Assembly: GCA_951406725.2 (NCBI GenBank)
Contig: OX597816.1
Coordinates: 7,688,001-7,752,000 of the forward strand
Direction: 5' to 3'
Origin: Octopus vulgaris
Lineage: Eukaryota
DNA length: 64,000 nucleotides
Each line of letters opens with the position of its first letter. Position 1 is the stretch's first letter. Shown here one piece after another: positions 38,292 through 51,652 of the stretch. The notes beneath the pieces are model-generated. The model worked only from the letters and a program-made list of their open reading frames with translations. It had not been told where the DNA came from and ran no database searches. The translations under genes were made by a program, and so were the position numbers.

Positions 38292-38510
38292 CAGTGCTTT
38301 TCAAACTTTTTGCTGGAGCGGAACCCCAAGGAAACATTCCACTGGCTCGAGGAACCCCTGTGCAATAATTTAATAGTCTTATGCACACATATCTGCACAG
38401 GAAAATTAAAAATTACTACCGATTTTAGCAGTTTTGTAACTTCTTGCAGAACCCCTAGACTGTACTGGCGGAAGCCTAAGGTTCCGCGGAACCCTGGTTG
38501 AAAACCACTG
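38292..38510. mobile_element. hAT MITE (same family as 16462-16662, inverted)
   Basis: CAGTG..CACTG ends; TSD TTATAGGT. Confidence 0.88.
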
Positions 38511-39082
38511 TTATAGGTAAATAAAGAAATATATTAAGAACTCCATTCTCATTTTTCCTAATCACCAGCCATCTAGATTGAACGTACAGATCTGGCGTTA
38601 CGAATTCATCTCATTTCCCCAAATGTAACGGCCAAGTAGTCACAGATCGATACATACCAGTAATTTCGTTGTAGACCCCAGAGTTTTGTCTCTCCCATTG
38701 TGTATAAATTGTTGCTTTTATTTTTCACCCAAAGCCCGACACAGAAAATACTTTGCAATGCAGTAAAGAAAGCTGCCCTTAATTGTTCGCGAGTGTTGTT
38801 TATCTTTTTACACGCAGCCAGCAAGCAAACCCAACCCGCCATAATAGTGTTGCGGAAACGACTAATTAAGAGGATTTGCCTCAAGGGCCCAGAAAAGTAT
38901 TGTTTTTCGTTGCAGGATTAACTCTACGTTTTAAAGATGTTGGATGGTTGGCTACACATTTGTTTGTTTCTTGTAAAAACATCATACAATGTCTGAAGGA
39001 GGACTCGATAAAATAGCAAATATGCTGGCACACCGATGTCATACTGACCTCAAAGAGGAAGATTTTGCCACAGAAATTTTAG

Positions 39083-39333
39083 GGGTACTACTTAAGAAGA
39101 GTGGTCCCGTTGCGTGTACTCGCGTACTCGCGCATTTGTGCTAGCTAGTCGTGACTAGTCGATCCTAGAACGACTCTCCTAGCAAAGTAAATAAAACACA
39201 AAATAAATAATTTTTTTACACAAAGTAAATAATTTTTTTAAAACAAAGTAAATAAAACACAAAGTAAGGATCGACTAGTCACGACTAGCTAGCGCGAGTG
39301 CGCGCACCGGGACCACTCTTCTTAAGTAGTACC
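39083..39333. mobile_element. GG..CC MITE with 8-bp TSD
   Basis: TIR GGTACTACTTAAGAAGAGTGGTCCC plus inner inverted block CTAGCTAGTCGTGACTAGTCGATCC; TSD AATTTTAG. Confidence 0.85.
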
Positions 39334-40127
39334 AATTTTAGTTTTACCTTCAGTACCGAAAGAAAATTTTGTAAAATCTGAAATTGTTGAAATTTATTAA
39401 GTAACTTGAACAACTGTGAGATACTTCCAGGTGTTTGTGTTAGTTTGAGACTTTTCTTAACTACAGCAGGTTCAAAGGAGCAGAAAGTTCGTTTTAATAA
39501 AGTGAAAGATATCAAAATTTATTTTAGGTCAAACCTGATGGGTATTAATAATAATTTCACTGACTGGAGACCAAACTTACATTACTGAAAAAATCACTTC
39601 GTTAGCGTCAGTAGCAGTTTTTCAGATAAAAAAATACACACTCACACACAGATAATTCAACTTGCTGATTAGGTTTATCGTTGCCCACTGTAAAGGATAT
39701 TACTATCAGTTCATTGTGGTTCACAGAGAATAAGAATTTACGAAAGATTACTGGTAGTTGGTATGTACTTCGATAACCTGAGATTAGTCACTCTGTTGAA
39801 ATATAGGTGTGATAACATATATATACACATTAGACAGTTTCAGGTGTCTACTGCGTTTTTGTAAACTGTCTGTTGTATTCAAAACCATATTTCTTAAAGT
39901 AGAGAATGAAATTAAAAAAACTTTAAAATTTGATGTGATACTTTTACCTTAGTTGAAAAAATAAAACACAGATTTAATTTAATTCAGTTTGGACCGTGGC
40001 TATTCAATTTTGAGGGGATAATGGGGACGAAAGCAATTTAGTTCTGCACTGCAAAAGGCCTTATATATGTTCTATTGTGTGTGCGTGCGCGCGTGATCTA
40101 GTGTGTGTGTGTATAATATGTTATACA

Positions 40128-40757
40128 CACTCTTTTACTTGTTTCAGTCATTTGACTGCGGCCATGCTGGAGCACCGCCTTAAATCGAGCAACTCGACCC
40201 CGGGACTTATTTTTTGTAAGCCCAGTACTTATTCTATCGGTCTCTTTTGCCGAACCGCTAAGTGACGGGGGCATAAACACACCAGCATCGGTTGTCAAGC
40301 AATGCTAGAGGGACAAACACAGACACACACAAACATACACATATATATATATACATATATACGACGGGCTTCTTTCAGTTTCCATCTACCAAATCTACTC
40401 ACAAGGCTTTGGTCGGCCCGAGACTATAGCAGAAGACACTTGCCCAAGGTGCCACGCAGTGGGACTGAACCCGGAACCATGTGGTTGGTAAGCAAGCTAC
40501 TTACCACACAGCCACTCCTGCGCTTATAAACACACATATATTTCTTTTACTACCCACAAGGGGCTAAACACAGAGGGGGCAAACAAGGATTAAGTCGATT
40601 ACATCGACCCCAGTGCGTAACTGGTACTTAATTTATCGACCCCGAAAGGATGAAAGGCAAAGTCGACCTCGGCGGAATTTGAACTCAGAACGTAACGGCA
40701 GACGAAATACGGCTACGCATTTCGCCCGGCGTGCTCACGTTTCTGCCAACTCGCCGC

Positions 40758-40759
<2 letters not shown>
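40128..40759 (-). mobile_element. Adjacent SINE-A (40128-40523) and SINE-B (40540-40759)
   Basis: Match to the family copies elsewhere in this window. Confidence 0.9.
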
Positions 40760-40801
<42 letters not shown>

Positions 40802-41689
40802 ATAAATGTCGAACGATGAAAATGAGTGCTCATCACTGCATTGGTGGATATAATTTCTTTATTTGTAAATTAAGGCTACCATTAGTTTCATGCCAGAAAA
40901 AAGTAGGTAAGTAGCCTAATGTCTTAACAAACTTTTTAAACAATTTGTGAAGCCAACACACACACACGTTGAACTCCTTTCAGTTCCTGTCGTCTACCAA
41001 ATCCACTCACAAGGCTTTAGTCGGCCTGAGGTTAAAGAAGAAGAGACTTGCCCAAGGGGCCCCACGGTGAGATTGAACCCGGGAACTAGTTTCCACATGT
41101 AAAGCGAGATTATATTTCTTCTGATGATTCGAAACAAGGATATCCATCAAAATATATCTCGTATTTTAGCCGATATACGAAAATCATTAATATTGATTTC
41201 AAATTTTGGCAGAAGGCCAGCAAATAGTGGGAATGGGGGGGGGGGGTAAGTCGATTACATCAGCCCCAGTGTTCAACTGGTACTTCGACCCCGAGAGAAC
41301 GAAAAGTAAAGTCGACCTCAGCGGAATTTGAACTCAGAACGTAAAAACGGACGGATGAAAATCATTAATATTGGCCATGAATAAAGCGGCGAGCTGGCAG
41401 AATCGTTAGCACGCTGGGCAAATTGCTTAGCGGCATTTCGTCCGTCTTTACGTTCTGGGTTCAAATACCGCCGAGGTCGACTTTGCTTTCTATCCTTTCC
41501 GGGTCGATAAAAGAATTTTGAGCACTGAGGTCGGCATAATCGACTTAGTCCCTCCCCTGGAATTGCTGGCCTTGTGTCAAAATTTGAAACCAATATTATT
41601 TTTGTCCTAATTAAACTTATTCTAGTTTTATTTGACGCCCAAGCTTCTACTCATTTAACAGTAAAATACTCTTTTTATACTCCAAATGA

Positions 41690-42020
41690 AGGTCTATGGC
41701 TCAGTGGTTAGAGCGTCAGGCTTACAGTCATGAGGTAGTGAATTCAATTCCCGGACCGAGTTGTGTGTTGTGCTCTTGAGCAAGACACTTTGTTTCATGT
41801 TGTTCCAGTTCATTCATTTTTAGAAATGAGTTGCGACGTCACTGGTGCCAAGCTGTATCGACCTCTGCCTTTCCCTTGGATAACATTAGTGGCATCGAGA
41901 GGGGAGGCACGGTATGCAGGGGCGACATCCGTGTCTTCCATAAAAACAACCTTGCCCAGACTTGTGCCTCGGAAGGGAACTTTCTAGCTGCAAACCCATG
42001 GCCATTCATGACCAAAGGGG
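41690..42020 (+). mobile_element. tRNA-derived SINE with CORE/V-like body
   Basis: TGGCTCAGTGGTTAGAGCG A-box, AATTCAATTCCC B-box-like, CTTGAGCAAGACACTT. Confidence 0.75.
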
Positions 42021-42022
42021 CC

Positions 42023-42365
42023 GGATCTTTACCTTTTGACCGGCAGATTTATAAAATAATTATTTTGTAACTAAACTCTTTCAAACTTCGTATACTGGTA
42101 GAATGTGTCATATAAAACATCTTTTACTCTTAGCGTTTTTGAGAAAAGTTTCTATTCTATGTTACGGCAGAAATTGAATTCACCTCAATAGACGTCATTG
42201 ATTGGTTGAAATTGCCGAAATGCAAGAAATTAAACAACAAATATGTTACAAACTACAGAATTTTCTCAGGAAAGCCAAGAAAAGATGTTTATAAATACAT
42301 TCTACCAGTATACGAAGTTACACAGAAATTATTTTTAAAATCTGTCGTTCAAAGTGAAAAGATCC
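42023..42365. mobile_element. Short diverged member of the GGATCTTTT foldback family, lacking telomeric core
   Basis: Termini GGATCTTTTACC / GTGAAAAGATCC; shared ACTTCGTATACTGGTAGAATGT block; no TSD retained. Confidence 0.75.
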
Positions 42366-42515
42366 CTCACAAGGCTTTGGTCGGCCCGAGGCTACAGTAG
42401 AAGACGCTTGCCCAAGGTGCTACGCAGTGGGACTGAACCCAGAACCATGTGGTTGGTAAACAAGCTACTTACCACTTATCCTTGCGGACATTAATTTATT
42501 TAAAGATATTCAAAT

Positions 42516-42517
<2 letters not shown>

Positions 42518-42569
<52 letters not shown>

Positions 42570-42727
42570 ATATGTGTATATGCATATACACACACACACA
42601 CATATATATATATATACCTATATATATATACACACACATATATATATATAAATACATATATATATAAATACATATATATATATAAATACATATATATATA
42701 TATATAAATACATATATATATAAATAC

Positions 42728-42760
<33 letters not shown>

Positions 42761-43114
42761 AATACATATATATATAAATACATATATATATATAAATACA
42801 CATATATATATATATATAAATACATATATATATATATATACACACACACATATATATATATATAAATACATATATATATATATAAATTACATATATATAT
42901 ATAAATACATATATATATAAATACATATATATATATAAATACATATATATATATACATACATATATATATAAATACATATATATATATATAAATATATAT
43001 ATATACATACATATATATATATACATACATATATATATATACATACATATATACATACATATATATATACATACACATATATATACATACACACACATAT
43101 ATATACATATATAC

Positions 43115-43145
<31 letters not shown>

Positions 43146-43163
43146 CATATATACATACACACA

Positions 43164-43196
<33 letters not shown>

Positions 43197-43197
43197 T
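42518..43197. repeat. Compound (TA)n/(CA)n microsatellite
   Basis: Directly visible. Confidence 0.98.
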
Positions 43198-43938
43198 TGT
43201 AATATATACACGCGATGTTAATGGTATCAAAAGGCAAGGTAGGGTCGGTGTGTGAATGAGTACGATAAAAGAAAAAGACTGCCATTGTTTAAAACCACTT
43301 GTAACAACCGGACATTCTCACTTGTAGCGATAGTAACAACCGGACATTCTCACTTGTAGCGATAGAGTTTAGTGTTCCATTATTCGTTTGTGTCTCTTAA
43401 AAATCGCCCGTTTTCAACTTTCTTCGACGCATAGCTTTTTTTTTTTAAGATAAACCTACCTATTCTTCTTTTTTTTTTTTGCGATTTTGTACCAAAAGTT
43501 TGCACAACCTGCAGGATGTTTTACACTTTCTCCATCGTCTTCTCTTCTCCCTTCTCTCTCTCTCTCTCTCTGTTACGATAAATCAAGTGACTTGTTTGAC
43601 CTAACAATGGCTATACAGTACCTCTTCCTGACAGCTTGCTGGCTGGCCCCCACCCCCCATTTAACCCTTCACAACGAAGCATGTCCGTTATCCCGCCAAT
43701 ATGTCTGCAACAAGCTTCAACAATTAAAAAGGCAGACTGTAAATCAACGGCTTACTATTTGCTTATATTGTCTCCTTTAATGTCAATTATAATCAGTACT
43801 TCAAATTTTATCTTTCGTGGGGCTGTTCAAAAGCAAATGAGGTTTAACTTGAATTTGTTTCCATTGCAGTTATGATTAAATATATATATCGTTAGCCACT
43901 ACACACATTTTTTTTCTCTCTTTGTTTTTTCTGTGTTC

Positions 43939-43974
43939 TTTTCTGTAGAAGAGCGTAGGCTCGAAACGTAAAAG
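43939..43974 (+). ncRNA. Minimal hammerhead-like motif (variant core CTGTAGA) in a repeat related to 14610-14795
   Basis: tttt-CTGTAGA-a-gagc(gtag)gctc-GAAA-cg-TA-aaag. Confidence 0.45.
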
Positions 43975-44129
43975 ACTTTTTCTATTCCTGAGCGTTATAC
44001 TAATACATCTGTTTGTTTTGTACACGACCTGTCTTCGTCTTTTGCTTTTTTCGTAAACTCTCCCAATGTGTGTGTGTGTGGAAAAAAGTCAGGATAGAAA
44101 ATGCTAAAATAATTTTATAAAAAACATTT

Positions 44130-44165
44130 CAGTACCGGTTTCAGTTATTGAGACTTTTTCAACTG
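44130..44165 (-). ncRNA. Variant hammerhead-like motif
   Basis: Minus strand cag-TTGAAAA-agt(ctcaata)act-GAAA-ccgg-TA-ctg; palindromic ACCGGT stem III; core deviates from CUGANGA. Confidence 0.35.
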
Positions 44166-45479
44166 TAATTATGGAAAACAATTAAATTTGGAAAGATTAA
44201 AAGAAAAGTTTTCCTTAAAGAATATTTGTATAGTGTTCAAATACCTATTTCTTTACTACCCCCAAGGGGCTAAACATAGAGGGGACAAACAAGAACATAC
44301 AAAGGTATTAAGTCGATTACATCGACCCAAGTGCGTAACTGGTACTTAATTTATCGACCCCGAAAGGATGAAAGGCAAAGTCGACCTCGGCGGAATTTGA
44401 ACTCAGAACGTAGCGACAGACGAAATACCTATTTCTTTACTACCCACAAGGGGCTAAACACAGAGAAGACTAACAAGGACAGACAAACGGATTAAGTCGA
44501 TTACATCGACCCCAGGTCGACTTTGCCTTTCATCATTTCGGGGTCGATAAATTAAGTACCAGTTATGCACTGGGGTCCATGTAATCGACTTAATCCGTTT
44601 GGCATTTTCCTTGTCTCTGCCTCTCTTGTTTTCTCTAGTGGGTTAAAGGTCGTAGTGAATTCTTGGTAGGGAAGAAGAAGAATGTGGGAGTACCATGACA
44701 GTAGTATGTTGAATGGCCAGCCCCGAAAATGACCTTTTGCCAAAATGGCCATAGGTGTGTTTGAATTGATTTTGTGCAACTCTTTTTGCTTCTGGACTAT
44801 AACCTACCATTGTTTTAAGAATTGACCTTTTTGGACGTACTCTTGTGTGAGGGGAGTCAAAAAAAAAAGAAACCTTAAAAAAAATATTTTTAGTTGATTG
44901 ATATATTTTATTTTAGTTTATTGAAATTTTTCGTTATGAATTTTTAGTCATTGGTATTTACCTTTTTTGATAGGCCGTTGTATTTTATTCGCATATATAT
45001 TTTTACCTTCTGTGTTCTTATGTATATGTATGTTTTTATATGTTTAAGAACCATGGTAATATTTATATTTGATCAAATATTTGAGGTATGGTGTTATATA
45101 TAAAGTCGTTGACTCGAATTTGAAATTTGTTCTATGATCAATGTTTCTTATATACAATGTATATAATCAAAATAAGCAACAGGATATCAAGAAGTGATGC
45201 AGTACGTCCGTTTCAAGCGACTCCATTTAATTGAACACTGCAATCATTAGATCAATTCAAATGCAGTGTTGTCATCGGCTGTACAAATAAATAGAATTTT
45301 AACCAGTTGGACACATTAATATAATTTTTCTCAAAATACTTTCACAGAGCAATAAGATCGAAGAAATCAATGTTGTCGCTATTGTAGCTAAGAATAGACT
45401 ACACTTCGAAGAATGGCATGAAGCCCACTGGGGGTCATAGTTTGTAAAGGGTTGTGGTTCATTTGTAATTTATTTGTCC

Positions 45480-45852
45480 TTTTGGCGAACTCTCCACCGG
45501 CCACCGAGTGAGAGGAGCTCTGAGGAAGCGCTACAAAGACTGCCTCAAGAAGTCTCTAACAGCATGTCATATTAACCACCATTGCTGGTCAGACCTGGCT
45601 GCAGACCGTGATGTCTGGCGCCATATGATCTTCAACGCAGTCAACAAGTTTGAGGAACAAAGAAGAGACGCACGACACACTTAAAGACAAGAGACGCAGG
45701 AGGAAGGCGCGAGCCGCCTCTGACACCACACCGGATGTTACCTTCGTCTGTGGATACTGCTCACGGACCTGCCTTTCCCATATTGGACTTGTCCGTCATG
45801 AGCGTGGACAGCCTTCCTGATCTTCGTTCGCGAAGTCGTGCCATGATGACGA
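45480..45852 (+). pseudogene. 3' end of an RTE-BovB-like LINE with terminal zinc knuckle
   Basis: RGALRKRYKDCLKKSL...WSDLAADRDVWR...FVCGYCSRTCLSHIGLVRH; GAT-type tail. Confidence 0.85.
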
Positions 45853-46221
45853 TCAACTACTAAACCTAAAACTAGAGGATTGTGTCTGTTTAGAATGAAG
45901 GGCAAGAGTGAGTTGACAGCTCATGGCTAGGTATGGTCATAAATATTGTCATATGTATCCCTTTTCCTCAGGGAGAGAAGAAGACATTAGTAGTAGTCAA
46001 TCGGATATAAAGTAACTGTCTATAAAAAGAAGTTAGGTAGGGGAATACTCTAAATCATGATATTAATTACCAGTTAAAGGGGCAAGACGCTAATAAAACC
46101 TAGGATGTTAATACAGAGGAAAAATAATCTTGAGGTACTATGGGTAATTGCTTATAAATAATATTATGTTGTATAAAGATGAAATTTAAGATTATCAACA
46201 ATATCATAACCAAAATAGGTA

Positions 46222-46859
46222 AAACGGTGCATCGTCTAAGAAATTACAGGGTAAAAGTTTTTCAATTTTCTCCTGGTTTACGGAATTAATGTTATTTTGC
46301 GGTTAAAGCTTTTGGCTGTTATTTCTAGTGGGTGAATGGCCTATTATGGCCGTTCCTTGATTGTGATGTTGAACGTAAAAATGGTTTATGACTATTTAAT
46401 TTTTTCCTACTAGGCCGCTGGTGGCAAAAGAATTCTACAAAATTTTTTTTGCCACCCTATATTGATTAATTATGAATTTTCTGGTTAGTTCCGTAATGGA
46501 ATCAGTGGCTTATATTTATTTGCTGCCGATAAATTTGGCGCGAGTGCGACGATTTGAAAATTTTAGGTCAGATATTGCCGAGGTGGCAAGAGGAATGCCT
46601 CGTGAAAAATATCTGTTCCGACTTGGCTATTTCTTACTGATGAGTCTAAGGGCCTATGGTGGATTGGCTTGATTTAATTTAATCAGGTTAGTTTACCATT
46701 AAACGGTAGATGAAACGGTGCATCGTCTAAGAAATTACAGGGTAAAAGTTTTTCAATTTTCTCCTGGTTTACGGAATTAATGTTATTTTGCGGTTAAAGC
46801 TTTTGGCTGTTATTTCTAGTGGGTGAATGGCCTATTATGGCCGTTCCTTGATTGTGATG
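46222..46859. repeat. ~147-bp direct repeat (46222-46368, 46713-46859) ending at (TA)n
   Basis: AAACGGTGCATCGTCTAAG...CCTTGATTGTGATG occurs twice, apparently identical. Confidence 0.9.
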
Positions 46860-46864
46860 ATATA

Positions 46865-46923
<59 letters not shown>

Positions 46924-47609
46924 ATTCGTGTGTGTCTGTCTGTTTGTCCCTGCCGCTATCGCTTGACAACCGATGCTGGTGTGCTTATGTCCCCCGTAAT
47001 TTAGCGATTCAGCAAAAGAGACCGATAGAATAAGTACTGGGCTTACAAAGAATACATCCTGATTACTTCGACTAGCACCCTTTTAAGGCGTGCTCCAACA
47101 TGGCCACAGTCAAATGACTGAAACAAGTAAAAGAATAATTGAGTGTTGTGTGTGTGTGTACTTGCGTATTTGTGTCTGCCCCCCCCCCCCCATCACCGCT
47201 TCAGAACCGGTATTGGTTGGCTTATGTCTCCGTGACTTAGCAGTGCCAAAAGAAACCGATGGAATGAGTATCAGGCTTTAAAAAGAAAAATGTATTGGGG
47301 TCGATTCATTTGACTAAAAATGCTTCGAAGCGGTGCCCCAGCATGGCCGCGATCTCAAAACAAGTAAAAGAAAAAAAAAAGGAAAGAAAACATGTTCATG
47401 AAAAACATGGAATGTCGATTAGGAACGAACTTCTCGGTATACAACAAAAACGGTATCGTAAAACTGAAAAGAAACACTATTAGTGACTCTTTATGTTTGT
47501 TGCTTATTTTCACTAATTTCTCCATGTCGGCACCGATTCACAAATCATGAACAAGGCCCAACTCTGTTCTTTACCGAGTCATATTTTATTTATCCGATAT
47601 CTTGTAGAA

Positions 47610-47835
47610 CAGTGATTCTCAGCGGGCCGTGGAGAAAAGTGGGATGTTAATGGGTTGGGTAAAATGGGGCGATAAATGTAAGGCTAATTTAGATTCAAGT
47701 TTTATTTGTGAAATACAGCTGTTTTGAATTTGCTGAAGAAAGTGGTCTATATTTTTGGTGGAGAAGGTGAATGAGCGCTAGGAATGGGGTCTGAGGGCCA
47801 AGGCAGCGGCAGCCTAAAATAGTGTGGAACTACTG
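47610..47835. mobile_element. hAT MITE
   Basis: CAGTGATTCTCA / TGGAACTACTG ends; 8-bp TSD TTGTAGAA. Confidence 0.75.
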
Positions 47836-48548
47836 TTGTAGAATATAATATACAGTTTCATCATCATCATCATCGTTTAACGTCCGTTCTCCATGCTAGC
47901 ATGGGTTGGACGGTTCGACCAGGGATCTGGGAAACCAGAAGGCTGCACCAGGCTCCAGGCTGATCTGGCAGTGTTTCAACAGCTGGATGCCCTTCCTAAC
48001 GCCAACCATTCCGTGAGTGTAGTGGGTTCTTTCTATGGGCTACTGGCACAGGTGCCAAGGGAGGCTGGCAACAGCCACGATCGGTTGGTGCTTTTTACGT
48101 GCCACCGGTACAGAAGCCAGTCAAGTGGAAGAAATTGGAATACGATGATTACTTAATGCAAAATATATATACACTTTATATACTTTATGCAAAATTTTAT
48201 AGAGTTAATACTCAACACTCCTTCTTTCTCTCTCGTTCTTCACCGTCTCTCTTTTTTGTTTCGTTCTTCGCTTCCTCTTCAACAAATCATGGGAAAGCGT
48301 TACAGACGGGCTAAGTAACGGGAGACAAAAAAAAATTGAGAAAAAATATACATTTCCCTCACCACCACCTCTCCCCTCTCACCCTCCCCCGTATCGAGCC
48401 TACGCTCTTCGACATTAAGGATAAAGGGTGGAGGAGGGGGGAACGGAGAGAGAAGGATATATATATATATATAAAAAAATGTGGGGTGTGGTGCCACAAA
48501 TTAACCAATAACTCTCATTTTCACTAACATTGGTACAACACACACGAA

Positions 48549-49148
48549 GGCGGCGAGCTGGCAGAAACGATAGCATGCCGGGCGAAATGCCTAGCAGTAT
48601 TTCGTCTACCGTTACGGTCTGAGTTCAAATTCCGCGGAGGTCGACTTTGCCTTTCATCCTTTCGGGGTCGATAAATTAAGTACCAGTTACACACTGGAGT
48701 CGATGTAATCGACTTAATCCGTTTGTCTGTACTTGTTTGTCCTCTCTGTGTTTAGCCTCTTGTGGATAGTAAAGAAATAGGTATTTCGTCTGTCGCTACG
48801 TTCTGAGTTCAAATTCCGCCGAGGTCGACTTTGCCTTTCATCCTTTCGGGGTCGATAAATTTAAGTACCAGTTATGCACTGGGGTCGATACAATCGACTT
48901 AATCCCTTTGTCTGTCCTTGTTTGTCCTCTCTGTGTTTAGCCCCTTGTGGGTAGTAAAGAAATAGGTATTTCGTCTACAGTTACGTTCTGAGTTCAAATT
49001 CCGCCGAGGTTGACTTTGCCTTTCATCCTTTCGGGGTCGATAAATTTAGTACCAGTTACGCACTGGGGTCAATACAATCGACTTAATCCCTTTGTCTATC
49101 CTTGTTTATCCCGTCTGTGTTTAGCCCCTTGTGGGTAGTAAAGAAATA
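48549..49148 (+). mobile_element. SINE family B trimer
   Basis: Head plus three units with GAAATA|GGTATTTCGTCT junctions at ~48780 and ~48965. Confidence 0.9.
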
Positions 49149-49844
49149 GGTAAGACACACACGCACGCACGCATGCATGCGCGCTCAACAATATGTTACT
49201 ACAAAGAAGACTTGCAGAAATTAGGTTTTAGTGACGGAAGCCAAAGAGACGGCTTCTTGTTGATCACATCGGATATATTCGGTGCGAAGTGTTTTCATTT
49301 GAGTGGGTTTCATTGGCGTTATTTACGGCTGCGGCTTCTCTGTAGATTTTAAATATAAATTACGGGTTAGGAAGTTGCAACGACACAACACGCCGTCGGG
49401 ATTTAACGAGTATTGTCACTTGTAGGGATTTGGGTCACAGTTATAATCCCTCACCCGTTGAATAACACAAATGAATACAAGGTGTCAAAAAAGAGAAAAG
49501 ATACAATAGTTATTCATTGCTCAGGCTTCGTAAAACAAGCGAGCGAGTAGACATAACAAAAGCAGAAGACTATACAAGTACAAATGGCGAGTGTGGGGTG
49601 ATGAGAAGCGGAGGGGAGATAAGGATACAGAAAACGGAGGAGGGCGGGAAAGGGTAACCGTTGATGGTGTCATATTAACGGAGAGCGGAAAAGAACGGTT
49701 ATGTAGATAAGTTTGGATGGGCGCGCGCGCGAGTGTGTGTATGACATGAATATTTCTTCAACGTTCTGATGCTTTTAGTGCACATTTTAACAAACTTTCC
49801 AGAATCCTATTTGTTTGTCTGTGTGTGTGTTCAGTGAAAGATTT

Positions 49845-50495
49845 GGATCTTTTCCTTTTGAACGGCACTCTTCAACACAATTTCTAGTTAGCTAAACACT
49901 TTAAAACTTCGTATACTGGTAGAATGTGTCAGAATAAAACATTTTTTTCTCTTGGCTTTCTTGATAAATTTGTAATTTGTTTGTTTAACGTAGTTTAATT
50001 TTTCGAATTTTAACCAATCCTATGCTCTCTTTTGAGCTAAAATCATTTGCTGCGTCTAAAACTGAGACAACATCCTGTAACTAACCCTAAACCTTCCCCC
50101 CTAACCCTAACCCTAATTTTCTTTTTCTTAATTGTTAAATTAATAGCTACGCGTGTAAAAAAAACTAAAGCAATGGAATTAAATTAATTTAACAATTAAG
50201 ATTAAAAAAATTAGGGTTAGGGTTAGGGTTAGGGGGGAGGTTTAGGGTTAGTTACAGGATGTTGTCTCAGTTTTAGACGCAGCAAATGATTTTAGTTGAA
50301 TGGAGGTAATCGATTAGTTAAAATTGCCGAAATGCTCGGATTTTCTGACAAAATATCTTACAAACTATAGAATTTTCTCAATAAAACCAAGAGAAAATGA
50401 TGTTTTATAAACACATTCTACCAGTATACGAAGTTTAAAAGTGTTTAGTTAACTAGAAACTGTGTTGACATCTGCCATTCAAAAGGAAAAGATCC
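49845..50495. mobile_element. GGATCTTTTCC foldback element with (CCCTAA)n/(TTAGGG)n core
   Basis: Same termini as 6949-7755; TSD AAAGATTT (49837-49844, 50496-50503); a different central palindrome. Confidence 0.85.
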
Positions 50496-51617
50496 AAAGA
50501 TTTATTTGATTTCAAAGTATGTTTTCATGATTAAGAAGTCCGTATTGCAACCGCGTGTTCTGATTTCCATACCACTTACAAAGCCTTGGACAAATGCCTT
50601 GTTAAGTGGAATGTGGTGACCGGAAACTGTGGAATCCCAAAAGTGAGTGTACGCGTGTGTACTTGTATGTGCGTGTGTGAGAATATATATTCTTGTATTC
50701 TTTTATTTGTTTCAGTCATTTGCGGCCATGTTGGAGCACCGCCTTTAGTCGAACAAATCGACGCCAGGACTTATTCTTTGTAAGCCTAGTACTTATTCTA
50801 TTGGGAAACACACCAACATCGGTTGTCAAGCGATGGTGGACACACACACACACACACACATATACGACAGGCTTCTTTCAGTTTCTGTCTACCAGATCCA
50901 CTCACAAGGCTTTGGTCAGCCTGAGGCTGTAGTAGAAGACACTTGCCCAAGGTGCCACCACGCAGTGGGACTGAACCCAGAACCATGTGGTTGGTAAGCA
51001 AGCTACTTACCACACAGCCACTCCTGCGCCTATATATGTATGTATGCTTGTATACATGTGGGTGTGTAGGTTAGCATCTAATTACTTTCGCGGCCATCAC
51101 TCACAATTTCATAGACTCCAGTCACGTGACTAATCTATAAATAATTTAAAGGAACACAACCGTTCCAAGGAAAGAAAACCATTGAAAAGTTCTGTTCATA
51201 AGAGGAAAATTTGCTGAAAAAGAAGCTAGAAAATTATGTGTTAGTGTTAGAATGGACAGTTCTTTTTACAGCACAGCCTCTTAAGAGTTATGACTGTGAA
51301 AACGTCAAGAATATGCCAGCCGTCAAGTACAGTTACTCAAGTCATTAAGTCCTTGACATACAGTCTGCTAGTCAAACTCTCTGTCAGTCTTCTCTCTTCA
51401 GATCTCGCCTCTCTTATTAAACTCCAGAACAAATCTGACCGGGCAGATGTATAGGGATTTCATCATTCAGAAATTCAAGATTTTTTCTTTTTTTATAAAT
51501 TGATTGGTCAAATTTATGCCGACATCATTTGTCAATTTGAAAGTTCCCAACCACATGCTTCTGAGTTCAATCCCTCTGTGTGGCACTTGGTAGACAGAAA
51601 GTAAAAGAAACTTGCTG

Positions 51618-51650
<33 letters not shown>

Positions 51651-51652
<2 letters not shown>

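Noticed and set aside
41690-41770. tRNA gene
   Set aside because: A/B boxes are present but there is no intact cloverleaf and it runs into a SINE body; the same applies to the other SINE heads
46636-46680. Hammerhead starting at CTGATGAG
   Set aside because: No stem II/GAAA partner at a suitable distance
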